Positions 28,588 to 40,635 of a stretch of DNA of 64,000 nucleotides are shown in pieces. The stretch spans positions 8,872-72,871 of the forward strand of contig JBFMAY010000018.1 of the NCBI GenBank assembly GCA_040755455.1. Direction: 5' to 3'. Positions within the stretch are counted from its first letter, which is position 1. Every line of letters starts with the position of its first letter. Source of the stretch: Thermodesulfobacteriota bacterium. GTDB taxonomy: Bacteria; Desulfobacterota; Desulfobulbia; Desulfobulbales; SURF-16. Made by a program: the position numbers and the translations under genes. The notes under the pieces were generated by a model. The model was not told the origin of the DNA, did no database searches, and worked only from the letters and a program-made list of their open reading frames with translations.

Positions 28588-30939
28588 ATGAGAAAGTTGC
28601 TTAGCAAGAAAAGAGCGGCCGCCCTGCTCTCATCATTTGCCTGGCTGTGGGCAAATCAGTGTCCGGCAGGCACTATCACCGCTGAGCCCTGGGACATAAC
28701 CGCGGATAAGATCAGCCGCTACACCAGGCCGGAAAATATCGTGGCGGAAGGAAATGTGGTTCTGCGCCGAACCGGGGACGCCAGCAGCGAGCCGCTCACC
28801 ATCAAGGCGGACTGGATGCGTTACAGTGTGGAGGATCAGCTGGTTTACGCCAGGGGCAATCTCACCATGCGCACCGCCGAACAGGACGTGGATGCGGTTG
28901 AGGCGGTGATTGATCTCAGCGATGAAACCGCCACCCTGACGGACACCACCCTTTTTGTGCCGGAAAACAATCTGCATTTCTCCGGCCGCGAGGTGGAAAA
29001 GACCGGCCCGATTACCTATCGTTTCAAGGATGGGGATTTTACCGCCTGCAAGCTGGAGGAAGGGAAAACCCCGCCGTGGCAGTTTCATGCCGCCGAGGCC
29101 GTGGTCAAGGTGGAAAAGGTGGTGGTCCTCAAGCATACGGTGCTGCGGGTCAAGGGGGTGCCGGTCCTCTATGTGCCCATCATGGCGGTACCGGCCAACA
29201 CCAAGCGCAAAACCGGCTTTCTCTTTCCCGAGATTTCCCAGTCGGAGCGCAGCGGCACCGGGCTTGTCACCCCTTATTTCATCGATCTGTCGCCAAGCAG
29301 TGACATCACCGTTTATCCGGGCTATCTGTCGAAGCGCGGCGTGGTGGCCGGGGCCGAATTCCGCCATGTCAGCGGTTTCAATTCCAAGGAAACCATCGCC
29401 GCCACCTATATCCAGGATAAAACAGAGGATACGCCCGACGATGACTATAAGTCGGACGACTACCTGCGGACTGATCAGAACCGCTACTGGATCCGCGGCA
29501 AGCTCGATCATGATTTCGGCAATGATCTGCAGGCCAAGATGGATCTGGATCTGGCTTCTGACCGGGATTTTGTCGAGGAGTTTAAAAGGGGATCCACTGG
29601 CTTCAACGACAGCGACAGGAATTTCCTCAGGGATTATAACCGCGGGTTGACCGAGGAAACCATTCCCTACCGTCCCTCCCAGATGCAGTTGACCAAAACC
29701 TGGCCGTCGTCGTTTTTGGGTGGCCAGTTGGTCGGCATCAATGACCTGACGGACCCCGAAGATGTCCCCAACCAGGTGGAAACGAGCCAGGTGAACACAT
29801 TGCCGCGCATTGACTACAGCGGAGTATTTGAGCTGGAAGACCTGCCGCTCAGTCTCAGCTGGGACTCGGGATATGTGTATTACTGGCGCGAGGAAGGGGT
29901 TGGCGAGCAGCGCTTTGATCTCCATCCGCAGCTCACCGCGCCTCTTCCCTTAGGCCAGTATATTGAGGGCACCGTATCAAGCGGCCTGCGGGAGACCGCC
30001 TACCGCATCGAAGCGAACGGGCCGGATGAGTTTGACTGGGAGTTTGATCAGCGGGAACAGAACCGGACGGCCTGGGATTTCGATACCAATATTGCCACAA
30101 CCGTGGCCCGGGATTTTGACATGCACCTAGGCTCCGTTTCCCAGCTCAATCATGCCATACGGCCGGAGCTCAAATACAGTTATGTGGCGCTGGACCGGGG
30201 GGACGATCTGCCCACGGAGGACGAGCGGCCGGAAGATGACGACTTACAGGCTATTGACGAGATCGATCTGCTTGCTCCTCAAAATCTCATCACCTACAGC
30301 CTGAATAATTATTTCCGCGTGGCAGGCAGCAGGGGCGACATGTCGTATGACCGCTATCTGGGTTACTTCAAGATCATCCAGTCCTACGATATCCGCGAGG
30401 AGCGGGGTGATCTTGAAGGACCTGTCGACGAAAACCAGCCCTTTTCCGATGTGCTGTTGAAGTTGAATCTCTACCCCTTGCCCCGCTGGCAGACCAGGTA
30501 CCAGACCGCCTACAGCGTATATGGCGAGGGAGTGACAAGGTATAGTCTCTATACCAAATATTCATCTACCAGGGGAGAAAGTGTTTCCCTTGACTATCGC
30601 TTTACCAAGGACTCCGAGATCAATCAGTTGAATGCCGAGGTGATCACCCGGCTTACCGATACCTGGTACCTGGAGGCTGATTTCAAGCAGTCCCTTGATC
30701 AAAATTCCATTACCAGCGCCTCTTTTGGCCTGACGTATCACCCGCCATGCTGGGCCGTGAAGTTTCTGGCCGAGCAGAGTTCGGATGACAAGCGGGTGGC
30801 CATCCTGTTCTCCCTGGTTGGTCTGGGGGAATCTCTGGGTATTGGTTTTTCAGGCGACCTGGAGGGCGGGCTTGATCTCGATTCCGGCGGCGATAACGAT
30901 CTTGATAAATTTGATAAGAATCGAGATGATAACATGTAA
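28588..30939 (+). CDS. lptD: LPS-assembly outer-membrane protein LptD
   Basis: ITADKI OstA-like start, AEGNV, FTAC..PPW, RKTGFLFP, long beta-barrel. Confidence 0.88.
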   Translation: MRKLLSKKRAAALLSSFAWLWANQCPAGTITAEPWDITADKISRYTRPENIVAEGNVVLRRTGDASSEPLTIKADWMRYSVEDQLVYARGNLTMRTAEQDVDAVEAVIDLSDETATLTDTTLFVPENNLHFSGREVEKTGPITYRFKDGDFTACKLEEGKTPPWQFHAAEAVVKVEKVVVLKHTVLRVKGVPVLYVPIMAVPANTKRKTGFLFPEISQSERSGTGLVTPYFIDLSPSSDITVYPGYLSKRGVVAGAEFRHVSGFNSKETIAATYIQDKTEDTPDDDYKSDDYLRTDQNRYWIRGKLDHDFGNDLQAKMDLDLASDRDFVEEFKRGSTGFNDSDRNFLRDYNRGLTEETIPYRPSQMQLTKTWPSSFLGGQLVGINDLTDPEDVPNQVETSQVNTLPRIDYSGVFELEDLPLSLSWDSGYVYYWREEGVGEQRFDLHPQLTAPLPLGQYIEGTVSSGLRETAYRIEANGPDEFDWEFDQREQNRTAWDFDTNIATTVARDFDMHLGSVSQLNHAIRPELKYSYVALDRGDDLPTEDERPEDDDLQAIDEIDLLAPQNLITYSLNNYFRVAGSRGDMSYDRYLGYFKIIQSYDIREERGDLEGPVDENQPFSDVLLKLNLYPLPRWQTRYQTAYSVYGEGVTRYSLYTKYSSTRGESVSLDYRFTKDSEINQLNAEVITRLTDTWYLEADFKQSLDQNSITSASFGLTYHPPCWAVKFLAEQSSDDKRVAILFSLVGLGESLGIGFSGDLEGGLDLDSGGDNDLDKFDKNRDDNM

Positions 30940-30960
30940 CGGGCAGGCGAGAGGCCGGGC

Positions 30961-31920
30961 ATGAATTACGATGTGTTTAACGGCGATGCTGACGGCATCT
31001 GCGCTCTGCATCAGCTGCGCCTGGCCGAGCCCCGGCAGGCCGTACTTGTTTCCGGGGTGAAGCGCGATATCCGTCTGCTTGAAAAACTGGCGGACAATCC
31101 GCAGGTCACGGATGCGGAGATCACTGTTCTTGATATTTCCATGGAGAGCAATAAGGACTCCCTGGCTATTCTCCTGCAGCGCCGCAACAGTATTTTCTAC
31201 GTTGACCACCACTTTGCCGGGGAAATGCCGTCTGCAGGCAACCTGCGGGCAACCATCGACCCCAGTCCCGATGTCTGCACCGGCTTGCTCATTGACCGGC
31301 TGATCGGCGGGAAATTCCGTCTCTGGGCCATTGTGGCCGCCTATGGCGACAATCTGCATGCCGCGGCCCGGCTGGCCGCAGCCGGGCTAGGGCTGACGGA
31401 CAAAGAGCTTGGCACGCTGCAGGAGCTTGGCGAGCTGATGAACTATAACGGCTATGGCCGGGAGGTTGCCGACCTGCATGTGGCGCCCCAGGAGCTTTTC
31501 CTGGCTGTCATACCCTTTGCGAGCCCCTTTGCTTTTTGCCGCGAGTCCGGTGTGCTGGGCCACCTGCGGCAGGGGTATGCCGAGGATATGGCGCGGGCCC
31601 GCTCAGCGCAGCCGCTTGCAGAAAATGATTCCGGCCGGATTTTCACCTTTCCTGACGCCCCGTGGTCGCGCCGGGTCGCCGGGGTGTTCAGTAACGAAAA
31701 GGCCAGGGAAATGGGGGGAAAGGCCCACGCCCTCATCGTTGATAATGGCGATGGGACCCTGCTGGTCAGCGTCAGGGCGCCTTTGAGTAATAAACAGGGA
31801 GCTGCCGCCCTCTGCCGGAAGTTCCCGACCGGCGGCGGCCGTGAAGCGGCGGCCGGGATTAATGCCTTGCCGCAGGAGCAACTTGATGCCTTTATCGATG
31901 CCTTTCGGCAAACCTGGTGA
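30961..31920 (+). CDS. DHH/DHHA1 family phosphoesterase
   Basis: NGDADG, VLDIS, YVDHH, VSVR and GGGREAAAG motifs. Confidence 0.8.
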   Translation: MNYDVFNGDADGICALHQLRLAEPRQAVLVSGVKRDIRLLEKLADNPQVTDAEITVLDISMESNKDSLAILLQRRNSIFYVDHHFAGEMPSAGNLRATIDPSPDVCTGLLIDRLIGGKFRLWAIVAAYGDNLHAAARLAAAGLGLTDKELGTLQELGELMNYNGYGREVADLHVAPQELFLAVIPFASPFAFCRESGVLGHLRQGYAEDMARARSAQPLAENDSGRIFTFPDAPWSRRVAGVFSNEKAREMGGKAHALIVDNGDGTLLVSVRAPLSNKQGAAALCRKFPTGGGREAAAGINALPQEQLDAFIDAFRQTW

Positions 31921-31954
31921 TATTTCAGTTGAAAAAAAGGAAGAGGAGTCCTCT

Positions 31955-32992
31955 ATGGTTAGAACTGTTTTCTCGCTGCTGATCTTTGTTTTTCTGGCCT
32001 TCGCTTCTCTTCCCCATGCCATGGCCGAGGAGACGAGCGAGCCCAAGGCCGCAGCGCTTGTCAAAGACGGTCAGCTGATTGATCTCACTTCCCCCCGCTA
32101 CCAGGACCTGTTCGGCGAGCTGCGGCTGCGCCATCATTTCAGCCAGGAGGAGATTGACCGGCTCTTTTCCGGGCTGACCATCAAGCAGCGGGTGCTGGAG
32201 TTGATGGACACCCAATGGGAAGCTAAGCCCTATTTCCTGTATTATCCCCTGTTCGTCACCCCGGAAGTGGTGGCTGAAGGGCGGGAAAAGCTTGCGGAAA
32301 ACAAGGAGCTGCTTGACAAGATTGAACGGGAAATCGGCGTTGAGCGAGAAATCGTGGTGGCCATCTGGGGGGTGGAAACCCGTTACGGCCAGCACAAGGG
32401 CGCCTTTAATCTTTTCCAGACCTTAAATACCATGTTTGACGCCTATCCCCGGAGAAGCAGTTTCTATCGGGACCAGCTTGTCCATTTCCTGCTGCTCTGC
32501 AAAGAGAATCATGTTGATCCGCTGACGATTACCGGCTCTTATGGCGGCGCTTTCGGCCAGACCCAGTTTATCCCGTCCAGCTTCCGGGACTATGCCGTTG
32601 ATTTTGATCGGGACGGCAGCAGGGATGTCTGGAATTCCACGCCTGACGTGCTGGCCAGCATCGCCAATTATCTGCACCGCTTCGGCTGGATGTTGCATGC
32701 GCCCGTCTACCATGAGATTGGCCGCAGCTTGAAGAGTGAAACCCTTGCGTCTGCCTATAAAACAGGGAGAAAGGGTTTTGTGTCTGTCAGCGAAGTTGCC
32801 CAGGTTCAGGGGGTAACCCTGCCGCCTGCCCCGGAAAACAAAGAGGTGACCATCGTTGGCCTGGAGCTTGCGGATGGCGGCATGCGCTATGTGGCCGGTT
32901 ATCCGAACTTTCAGGCCATCACCGCTTGGAATAACTCGAACCGCTATGCCATGGCCGTGGTGGAACTCGCCGAGAAGCTGACCGGCAGGTAA
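31955..32992 (+). CDS. mltB: Lytic murein transglycosylase B family
   Basis: IWGVETRYG, GSYGGAFGQTQFIPSS, AVDFDRDG, SIANYL, WNNSNRYA. Confidence 0.9.
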   Translation: MVRTVFSLLIFVFLAFASLPHAMAEETSEPKAAALVKDGQLIDLTSPRYQDLFGELRLRHHFSQEEIDRLFSGLTIKQRVLELMDTQWEAKPYFLYYPLFVTPEVVAEGREKLAENKELLDKIEREIGVEREIVVAIWGVETRYGQHKGAFNLFQTLNTMFDAYPRRSSFYRDQLVHFLLLCKENHVDPLTITGSYGGAFGQTQFIPSSFRDYAVDFDRDGSRDVWNSTPDVLASIANYLHRFGWMLHAPVYHEIGRSLKSETLASAYKTGRKGFVSVSEVAQVQGVTLPPAPENKEVTIVGLELADGGMRYVAGYPNFQAITAWNNSNRYAMAVVELAEKLTGR

Positions 32993-33106
32993 AAATCGGC
33001 CGGACTTTTTTGTGTCACCGGCCTGCTGCAGGGCCAAAGTGCCTGCAGTCCGCTTGTCGCCTTTGCTGCGGGCAGAAGTCTGCCTGGCAACCTGGCCAGG
33101 GATGAT

Positions 33107-33280
33107 TCAGCATAAAAGAATGGCGATGCCGATGGAAAAGAGAAGGCAGTAACCGAGTCCCATCAGATATTCAAGCGGATTGGCGAAGAGCGTGGGCAGG
33201 GTGCCGATGGCGAGCAATGCAAAACACCCTAACGCTGTTTTGAATTGTTTTTTGTCCCGCAACCGGGTGCTTTTTGTCAT
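33107..33280 (-). CDS. Possible small 2-TM membrane protein
   Basis: 57-aa ORF with basic N-terminus and two hydrophobic segments, downstream of the PilZ gene. Confidence 0.45.
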   Translation of the reverse strand: MTKSTRLRDKKQFKTALGCFALLAIGTLPTLFANPLEYLMGLGYCLLFSIGIAILLC

Positions 33281-33344
33281 CTGGTTTTCGCAAACAGCTG
33301 CAAATGCGGTTAAATCCTTGCCTGCCGGAAAGCAAGGCAAGGGA

Positions 33345-33689
33345 TCAGCCCTGCTGTTTGGCAAAGATTTTGATGAACTGGTGCAGTATCGCCTGGCCGG
33401 CTTGGTCTGACTCAAGCAATTCCAGGCCGGTGTGAAATTTCTTCCCTTCCTCCTCATTACAGTAAATTACCCGGCCGCGCAAATTAACCAGGTTGTCTTC
33501 AAGGGCGATTTCAAGGGTCAGGGTGTTGCCTGGGCTGATGTAGAAATTGGTCTCGAGAAGGATGCCCCCCTCAGAGACATTCAGAGTCCGGCCCATGCCC
33601 TCGTAAAGAACATCGCCATCTTTATCCTCGCAGATGTACGAGAGGTTGAGTGCCGAGTACCGTTCATGTTTCCTTTTATCTTCAGCCAT
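33345..33689 (-). CDS. Stand-alone PilZ domain protein
   Basis: RKHER (RxxxR) and NVSEGG (D/NxSxxG) c-di-GMP-binding motifs. Confidence 0.88.
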   Translation of the reverse strand: MAEDKRKHERYSALNLSYICEDKDGDVLYEGMGRTLNVSEGGILLETNFYISPGNTLTLEIALEDNLVNLRGRVIYCNEEEGKKFHTGLELLESDQAGQAILHQFIKIFAKQQG

Positions 33690-33975
33690 ATCCCATCCTG
33701 TGTGATTAAAAGTTTGCGGGTAATAAAACTTTTGGGCCCGCATCCAGCCGTTGGCCGCTCCCCGATCGTCCTGGCCAGATCCGTCTCAAAATCCGGGTGA
33801 TCCCGAAAAGCTTAAGTGCCGGCAAGCTCTGAGTTGGGGAATGGTGGCTGGAGATGTCTGTGCTGGAGCCGGACAAAAAAAATGCTATTATGCCAGTGGA
33901 AAAAAGAGTGTGTAAGGATTTTTACCCTGTCAACATATAATCATGTGTTGCTGATTCCTGCCAGGAAATTTTCAC

Positions 33976-34014
33976 AAAAAAACGGGCGCCTCAAAAAAGA
34001 GGGCCCGTTTTTTT
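33976..34014. terminator. Bidirectional intrinsic terminator downstream of acs
   Basis: AAAAAAACGGGCGCCTC-AAAAAA-GAGGGCCCGTTTTTTT. Confidence 0.8.
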
Positions 34015-34034
34015 ACATGAATGCAGGAAACGTT

Positions 34035-36026
<1,992 letters not shown>

Positions 36027-36301
36027 TTTGCCTCCCTGAAAAATTACTATGATTTAATATAGGTAAAATAGTGCCAGCAAACGTACCGAAGGTAGAGTTG
36101 CCCATAAATGCCTCCCCTTGATAACCAGTGGCGTTGCAAGAGGTCAAGCTAAAAAAACAAAAGAGTCATTTTTCAATTAACCCTGATTCAACCTTATCCT
36201 CTATGATTGAGCATCAGTTTTGTGTCAAGAAGAAAATTTGTGTGGAAAACAAAAATGCAGGAAGCAATGGAATGAAAGATTTCTTCTTGCTATACTGACG
36301 A

Positions 36302-37642
36302 ATGAATATGGAAAAACGGAATCAACCGGGTTTTGCCTCAGGCAACCTGATAAAATATCTCAAAAAAACAGTATGGCCCGCAGAGGAGAAAAAAGTAGAC
36401 TGGCAGATGTTCTCTCGATTTTTGCGGTATAGACAACATGTTTCGGCGGGGAAAAAGGTGCGATATCTTATTGGTGTGGCGGCCGCCGTGTTGTTGTTAT
36501 GCGGCCTGGCAATCACGGCCTCGGCCTGTGATCCTGCCCTGAGGCAGGTGGCGCCGGACAGCATGCCTTTTTTCATGGATGATGCCGGCTGGCAGGATTT
36601 GCAAAAAAGTGTGGAGAGAAGCATGACCGCACTTGCAGGGATTGACAAAGAACAACTGTTTGTCCTGTGCGGCCGGAGCTATCCCGCCTCGTGGCTGCAG
36701 CAGTCAATGGCCGTATTTTTGCGGGGGTTGCAAACTTACCCTGCGGAAGCGGATTTCCGCAAGTTTCTTTCTGCTAATTTTGATGTGTGTCAGACGAAAG
36801 GTTCTGATGGGGCCGGGCGAATGCTCGTTACCGGTTACTATGAGCCTTTCCTTGCAGGCAGCCTGACGAGACAATCACCCTTTGTCTACCCTCTTTATCA
36901 GGTTCCGCCGGATCTGGTTGTGCCGGCTGGCAATCTGGCTGGCAATGAGGGCGGACGGATGGAAGATGGTCGTTTTGTTCCGTACTGGACGCGGGCGGAA
37001 ATCGAGACGGGGGATTTGCTGCAGGGCCAGGAAATTGTCTATCTGGCCGACCCGCTGGACGTTTTTATCCTGCAGGTGCAGGGCTCAGGCAGAATCAGGC
37101 TGCCGGACGGCTCGGTGCGCAAGGTGCATTTTGCCGCCAGCAACGGCAGAAGGTACCTGAGTATCGGCCGGCTGCTGGTGGACCGTGGCGTCATGAGCCT
37201 GGAAGAGGTGACCATGCCGAAAATCGTCTCCTATCTGCATGATCATCCCGATGAGATGCAGGACATCCTGCGCCATAATGACCGATATATCTTTTTTTCC
37301 ATCTCCCCTGCCGGGGGGGAAACAGATAACGAAGGACCGGCGGGCAGCCTGGGCCAGCCCCTGACGGCCGGCCGTTCCCTTGCCGTGGATGGCATGTGCT
37401 TCCCGGTCCCCATGGTGGGCTATCTGGAAACGGCTCTGCCGGTTTTTGCTGATCGTGGCGCCGTCATTGGCTGGAAACCCCTGCGCCGTTTTGTGGTCAA
37501 TCAGGATAGTGGCGCAGCGATTAAGGGACCCGGCCGGGCGGACCTTTTCCTGGGCGGGGACGAGTATGCGGCCAGGGCGGCAGGGGTGATGAAACAGCCG
37601 GGGGCTCTGTATTTTCTGGTGTTGAAAGAAGAGAAAATGTAG
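36302..37642 (+). CDS. mltA: Membrane-bound lytic transglycosylase A (start codon uncertain)
   Basis: TGYYEP, LQVQGSG, YLSIGR, QDSGAAIKGPGRADLFLG. Confidence 0.9.
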   Translation: MNMEKRNQPGFASGNLIKYLKKTVWPAEEKKVDWQMFSRFLRYRQHVSAGKKVRYLIGVAAAVLLLCGLAITASACDPALRQVAPDSMPFFMDDAGWQDLQKSVERSMTALAGIDKEQLFVLCGRSYPASWLQQSMAVFLRGLQTYPAEADFRKFLSANFDVCQTKGSDGAGRMLVTGYYEPFLAGSLTRQSPFVYPLYQVPPDLVVPAGNLAGNEGGRMEDGRFVPYWTRAEIETGDLLQGQEIVYLADPLDVFILQVQGSGRIRLPDGSVRKVHFAASNGRRYLSIGRLLVDRGVMSLEEVTMPKIVSYLHDHPDEMQDILRHNDRYIFFSISPAGGETDNEGPAGSLGQPLTAGRSLAVDGMCFPVPMVGYLETALPVFADRGAVIGWKPLRRFVVNQDSGAAIKGPGRADLFLGGDEYAARAAGVMKQPGALYFLVLKEEKM

Positions 37643-37673
37643 TTTTTTTGCGGTTAAGAATTCGGAGGACAGC

Positions 37674-38852
37674 ATGAAACAGCCGGAAATAGATTACTGG
37701 ATTGCCTGTATGCTTGATACCTATGACAATGTTTCCGATCTCAATGTCACAGTGGACAAGCCGTTGCAGGTAGAAACCTCGGGAGTGCTCTCTCCGGTGA
37801 TGGTCAAGCCCGAGGTGGAGCAGATTACCCCCTTTCAGTCCGAGGTGTTCGCCTTAAACGTCATCGGTGGCAACAGGCGGCTGCTCAAGGATCTGGCCAC
37901 CACCGGCTCCTGCGACCTTTCCTATTGGTTGGGCAAAAAGGCCAGGTTCAGGGTCAATGTCTTTTCCCAGAAAACCAATCTGTCCACGGTATTAAGAAAA
38001 CTGCCCACGGAGATTCCCACGATCAAGAGTTTGAACCTGCCGCCGGTGATGAACAAGATGTCGGATGAGCTGAACGGTCTCATCCTGGTTACCGGCGCCA
38101 CCGGCTCAGGTAAGTCAACAACCCTGGCCGCGCTGCTCAACAAGATAAACCATGAGCGGGCCGTGCATGTCGTGACCCTGGAGGACCCGATAGAGTTTGT
38201 CCATCCCCATCTGCAGGCCACCTTCAACCAGCGGGAGCAGGGCAATGATTTCGATACCTTTGCCAATGGCCTGCGGGCCGCCCTGCGCCAGGCGCCCAAG
38301 GTTATTCTGGTGGGCGAGATGCGCGACCGGGAAACCATGGAGATCGGGCTTACCGCCTCTGAAACCGGCCATCTGGTGCTCAGCACCCTGCATACGGTGG
38401 ATGCCGGTTCCACCATCAACCGCTGTCTCGGCATGTTCGAGCATGATGAGCAGCCCCAGATCAGAAACCGGCTGGTTGACACCGTACGCTGGATTGTCTG
38501 CCAGAGGCTGCTGCCAAAGGTGGGCGGTGGCCGGGTGGCCGCCTTTGAGGTCATGGGCATGAACCTGCGCATCAGAGAGGTTATTTTGAACGGTGAGTCG
38601 GAAGGGAAAACATTTTACGAGATCATCACTGACGGCACCGCCATGGGGATGACCACTTTTGACCAGTATATTCTGCAACTTTATGAAAAGGGGCTGGTGA
38701 CCGAGGAAACGGCCATGGGTTATTGCTCGCGTAAAAGCGCCATGGGACGTGGTCTTGATATGATCAAGTCCGCCAAGGGGGAAACAACCACCGGCATTAC
38801 CGGCCTGACCATGGAAGAGGAAAAGAAAAATAAATATGAGGCGTTTTCCTGA
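37674..38852 (+). CDS. pilT: Type IV pilus retraction ATPase, PilT/PilU family
   Basis: GATGSGKSTT, TLEDPIE, ALRQAP..VGEMRD, ETGHLVLSTLH. Confidence 0.88.
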   Translation: MKQPEIDYWIACMLDTYDNVSDLNVTVDKPLQVETSGVLSPVMVKPEVEQITPFQSEVFALNVIGGNRRLLKDLATTGSCDLSYWLGKKARFRVNVFSQKTNLSTVLRKLPTEIPTIKSLNLPPVMNKMSDELNGLILVTGATGSGKSTTLAALLNKINHERAVHVVTLEDPIEFVHPHLQATFNQREQGNDFDTFANGLRAALRQAPKVILVGEMRDRETMEIGLTASETGHLVLSTLHTVDAGSTINRCLGMFEHDEQPQIRNRLVDTVRWIVCQRLLPKVGGGRVAAFEVMGMNLRIREVILNGESEGKTFYEIITDGTAMGMTTFDQYILQLYEKGLVTEETAMGYCSRKSAMGRGLDMIKSAKGETTTGITGLTMEEEKKNKYEAFS

Positions 38853-38929
38853 TCTCGCTGGCAGTCATTAACCGCAGCTTGCGGTAATGAGGTAACAGAT
38901 AACTTAATAAACAGAAAACGAGGTCGCCG

Positions 38930-39634
38930 ATGATTTCTGCATGCCCCAACTGTGGCAAGACACTCAATTTAACGGAAAGCCAGCAGCAGAAGATTGACCA
39001 TGCTGTGGCCGCTTTGGCCCCGGGTAAATCTCTAAAATTTAACTGCCCCCATTGTCAGAAACCCATCGAGGTGCCACGGGAGGCACCGGCGGCGGTGCGG
39101 CCGCAGAAGCAGCCACAGGCCAGCCGTGCGCTTCCTGGTCCCCCTGGCCCCCCTGACCGTAGCTGGCTTGAGCGGGGGGATCTCGGCAGCGGTGAGGTGC
39201 TTGAAGATGTCCCCCATGTTCTGATTCTGGTAAAGGATGAACAGATCCAGGCTGATATCGCCCAGTTTTTCGATGACATGGGCTATAAGGCCGTGATGCC
39301 GCGCACTGCCGAGGATGCCATCGAGCGGATGCGTTTTACAAATTTTTCCGCGGTGGTTCTGCATTCCGGCTTTGAAGGGAGTCTGGCCGCCTCCACTGTG
39401 CACGCCCATATGCAGGGCATGGCCATGCCGAAGAGAAGGTATATCTATTATGTGCTGATCGGACCGGAATTTCATACCCTTTACAATCTGGAAGCATTAT
39501 CCAACAGCGCCAACCTGGTAGTGAATGAGACCGATATTTCGGCCTTTCCGCTGGTGCTGAAAAAGGGGTTCCGCGATTATGATGAATTGTTCGGCCCTTA
39601 TCTTGCCGCCTTAGAGGGCATGGGCAAGAAATAG
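38930..39634 (+). CDS. Zinc-ribbon protein with degenerate receiver-like C-terminal domain
   Basis: CPNC...CPHC, Pro-rich linker, then VLILVKD...AEDAIERM...SAVVL alpha/beta pattern. Confidence 0.7.
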   Translation: MISACPNCGKTLNLTESQQQKIDHAVAALAPGKSLKFNCPHCQKPIEVPREAPAAVRPQKQPQASRALPGPPGPPDRSWLERGDLGSGEVLEDVPHVLILVKDEQIQADIAQFFDDMGYKAVMPRTAEDAIERMRFTNFSAVVLHSGFEGSLAASTVHAHMQGMAMPKRRYIYYVLIGPEFHTLYNLEALSNSANLVVNETDISAFPLVLKKGFRDYDELFGPYLAALEGMGKK

Positions 39635-39690
39635 GTCAGAAGTCAGAAGACAGCAGGCCGGATAAAACACTCCTGGCCCCCCTGCAGAAT

Positions 39691-40635
39691 TTATCCCAGC
39701 AGCGAAAACAGGGAGAGCAGCAGGAGGGTGAGCCACATGGTCAGCAGCATCAGTCGGTTGGTTGCCAGGATGTGGCTTGCTGCTATTTGCCGTCGCGCAT
39801 CGCCAATGGTTGGTTTGACCACCACCTGGCCGAAGTAAATGCTGCTGCCGCCGAGCCGGACGCCCAGCGCCCCGGCCACGGCCGCCTCCCCATGGCCGGA
39901 GTTGGGGCTGCTGTGCTTCTTTCTGTCCCGCCAGAATATCCGCCAGGATGATCCGGCGTCAAGGCTGAGCAGCAGGGCCGCCAGCGGCACAAGCAGGCCG
40001 GTAAGCCTGGCCGGGATGAAATTTGCCAGGTCATCAAGCCTTGCCGCGGCCCAGCCGAACTCCCGGTACCGGTCATTTTTGTAGCCGAACATGGAATCTG
40101 CCGTATTGATCGCCTTGTAAAGCATCGCTGCCGCAGGTCCCCCGACAAAGGCATAAAACAGCGGCGCACACACCCCGTCCACCATGCTCTCCGCCACGCT
40201 CTCCACCGCCGCCCGGGCAACCTCCTCTTCGCTCAGTTGATCTGTGTCGCGACCGACAATCATCCCCACCCTGCGCCGCGCCTCGGCAAGGTCGTGGTTC
40301 TGCAGGGCATCGTAAACCGCCCTGCTGTGCCTGGCCAGATCCCGGGCGGCGATGGTGGTGTATAAAATGAGGATGGACACGGCTGTCCCGGCCAGGGGAT
40401 GGAGGCGTTGGGCGCTGTGCAGCAGGAGCAGCACCGCCCCGCCTGAGATGGCGAGCATGAGAAAAAGGGTCAGGATGCCAGCCACATTCAGGGGCAGCCC
40501 GGTTTTCCTGAAAAAATTCTCCAGGGTGGCGCCAAGGGAACCGATGAGCCGGACCGGGTGCGGCAGCCAGCGGGGGTCTCCCCAGAGCTGATCGAGCAAT
40601 GCGGCAAGGATGATCTGCAGGGCTGGGGGCATCAT
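39691..40635 (-). CDS. cbiB: Adenosylcobinamide-phosphate synthase
   Basis: [41 protein letters not shown]. Confidence 0.95.
   Translation of the reverse strand: MMPPALQIILAALLDQLWGDPRWLPHPVRLIGSLGATLENFFRKTGLPLNVAGILTLFLMLAISGGAVLLLLHSAQRLHPLAGTAVSILILYTTIAARDLARHSRAVYDALQNHDLAEARRRVGMIVGRDTDQLSEEEVARAAVESVAESMVDGVCAPLFYAFVGGPAAAMLYKAINTADSMFGYKNDRYREFGWAAARLDDLANFIPARLTGLLVPLAALLLSLDAGSSWRIFWRDRKKHSSPNSGHGEAAVAGALGVRLGGSSIYFGQVVVKPTIGDARRQIAASHILATNRLMLLTMWLTLLLLSLFSLLG

Noticed and set aside
26760..28607. 615-aa antisense ORF over ilvD, and similar long shadows over dinG, lptD, hisD and ispB
   Set aside because: Antisense open frames are a normal result of GC-rich codon bias; no motifs or RBS.
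39635..39652. Short heptamer repeat (GTCAGAA/GACAG) and loose octamer periodicity at about 52725-52762
   Set aside because: Only two or three degenerate units each, too short to distinguish from chance.
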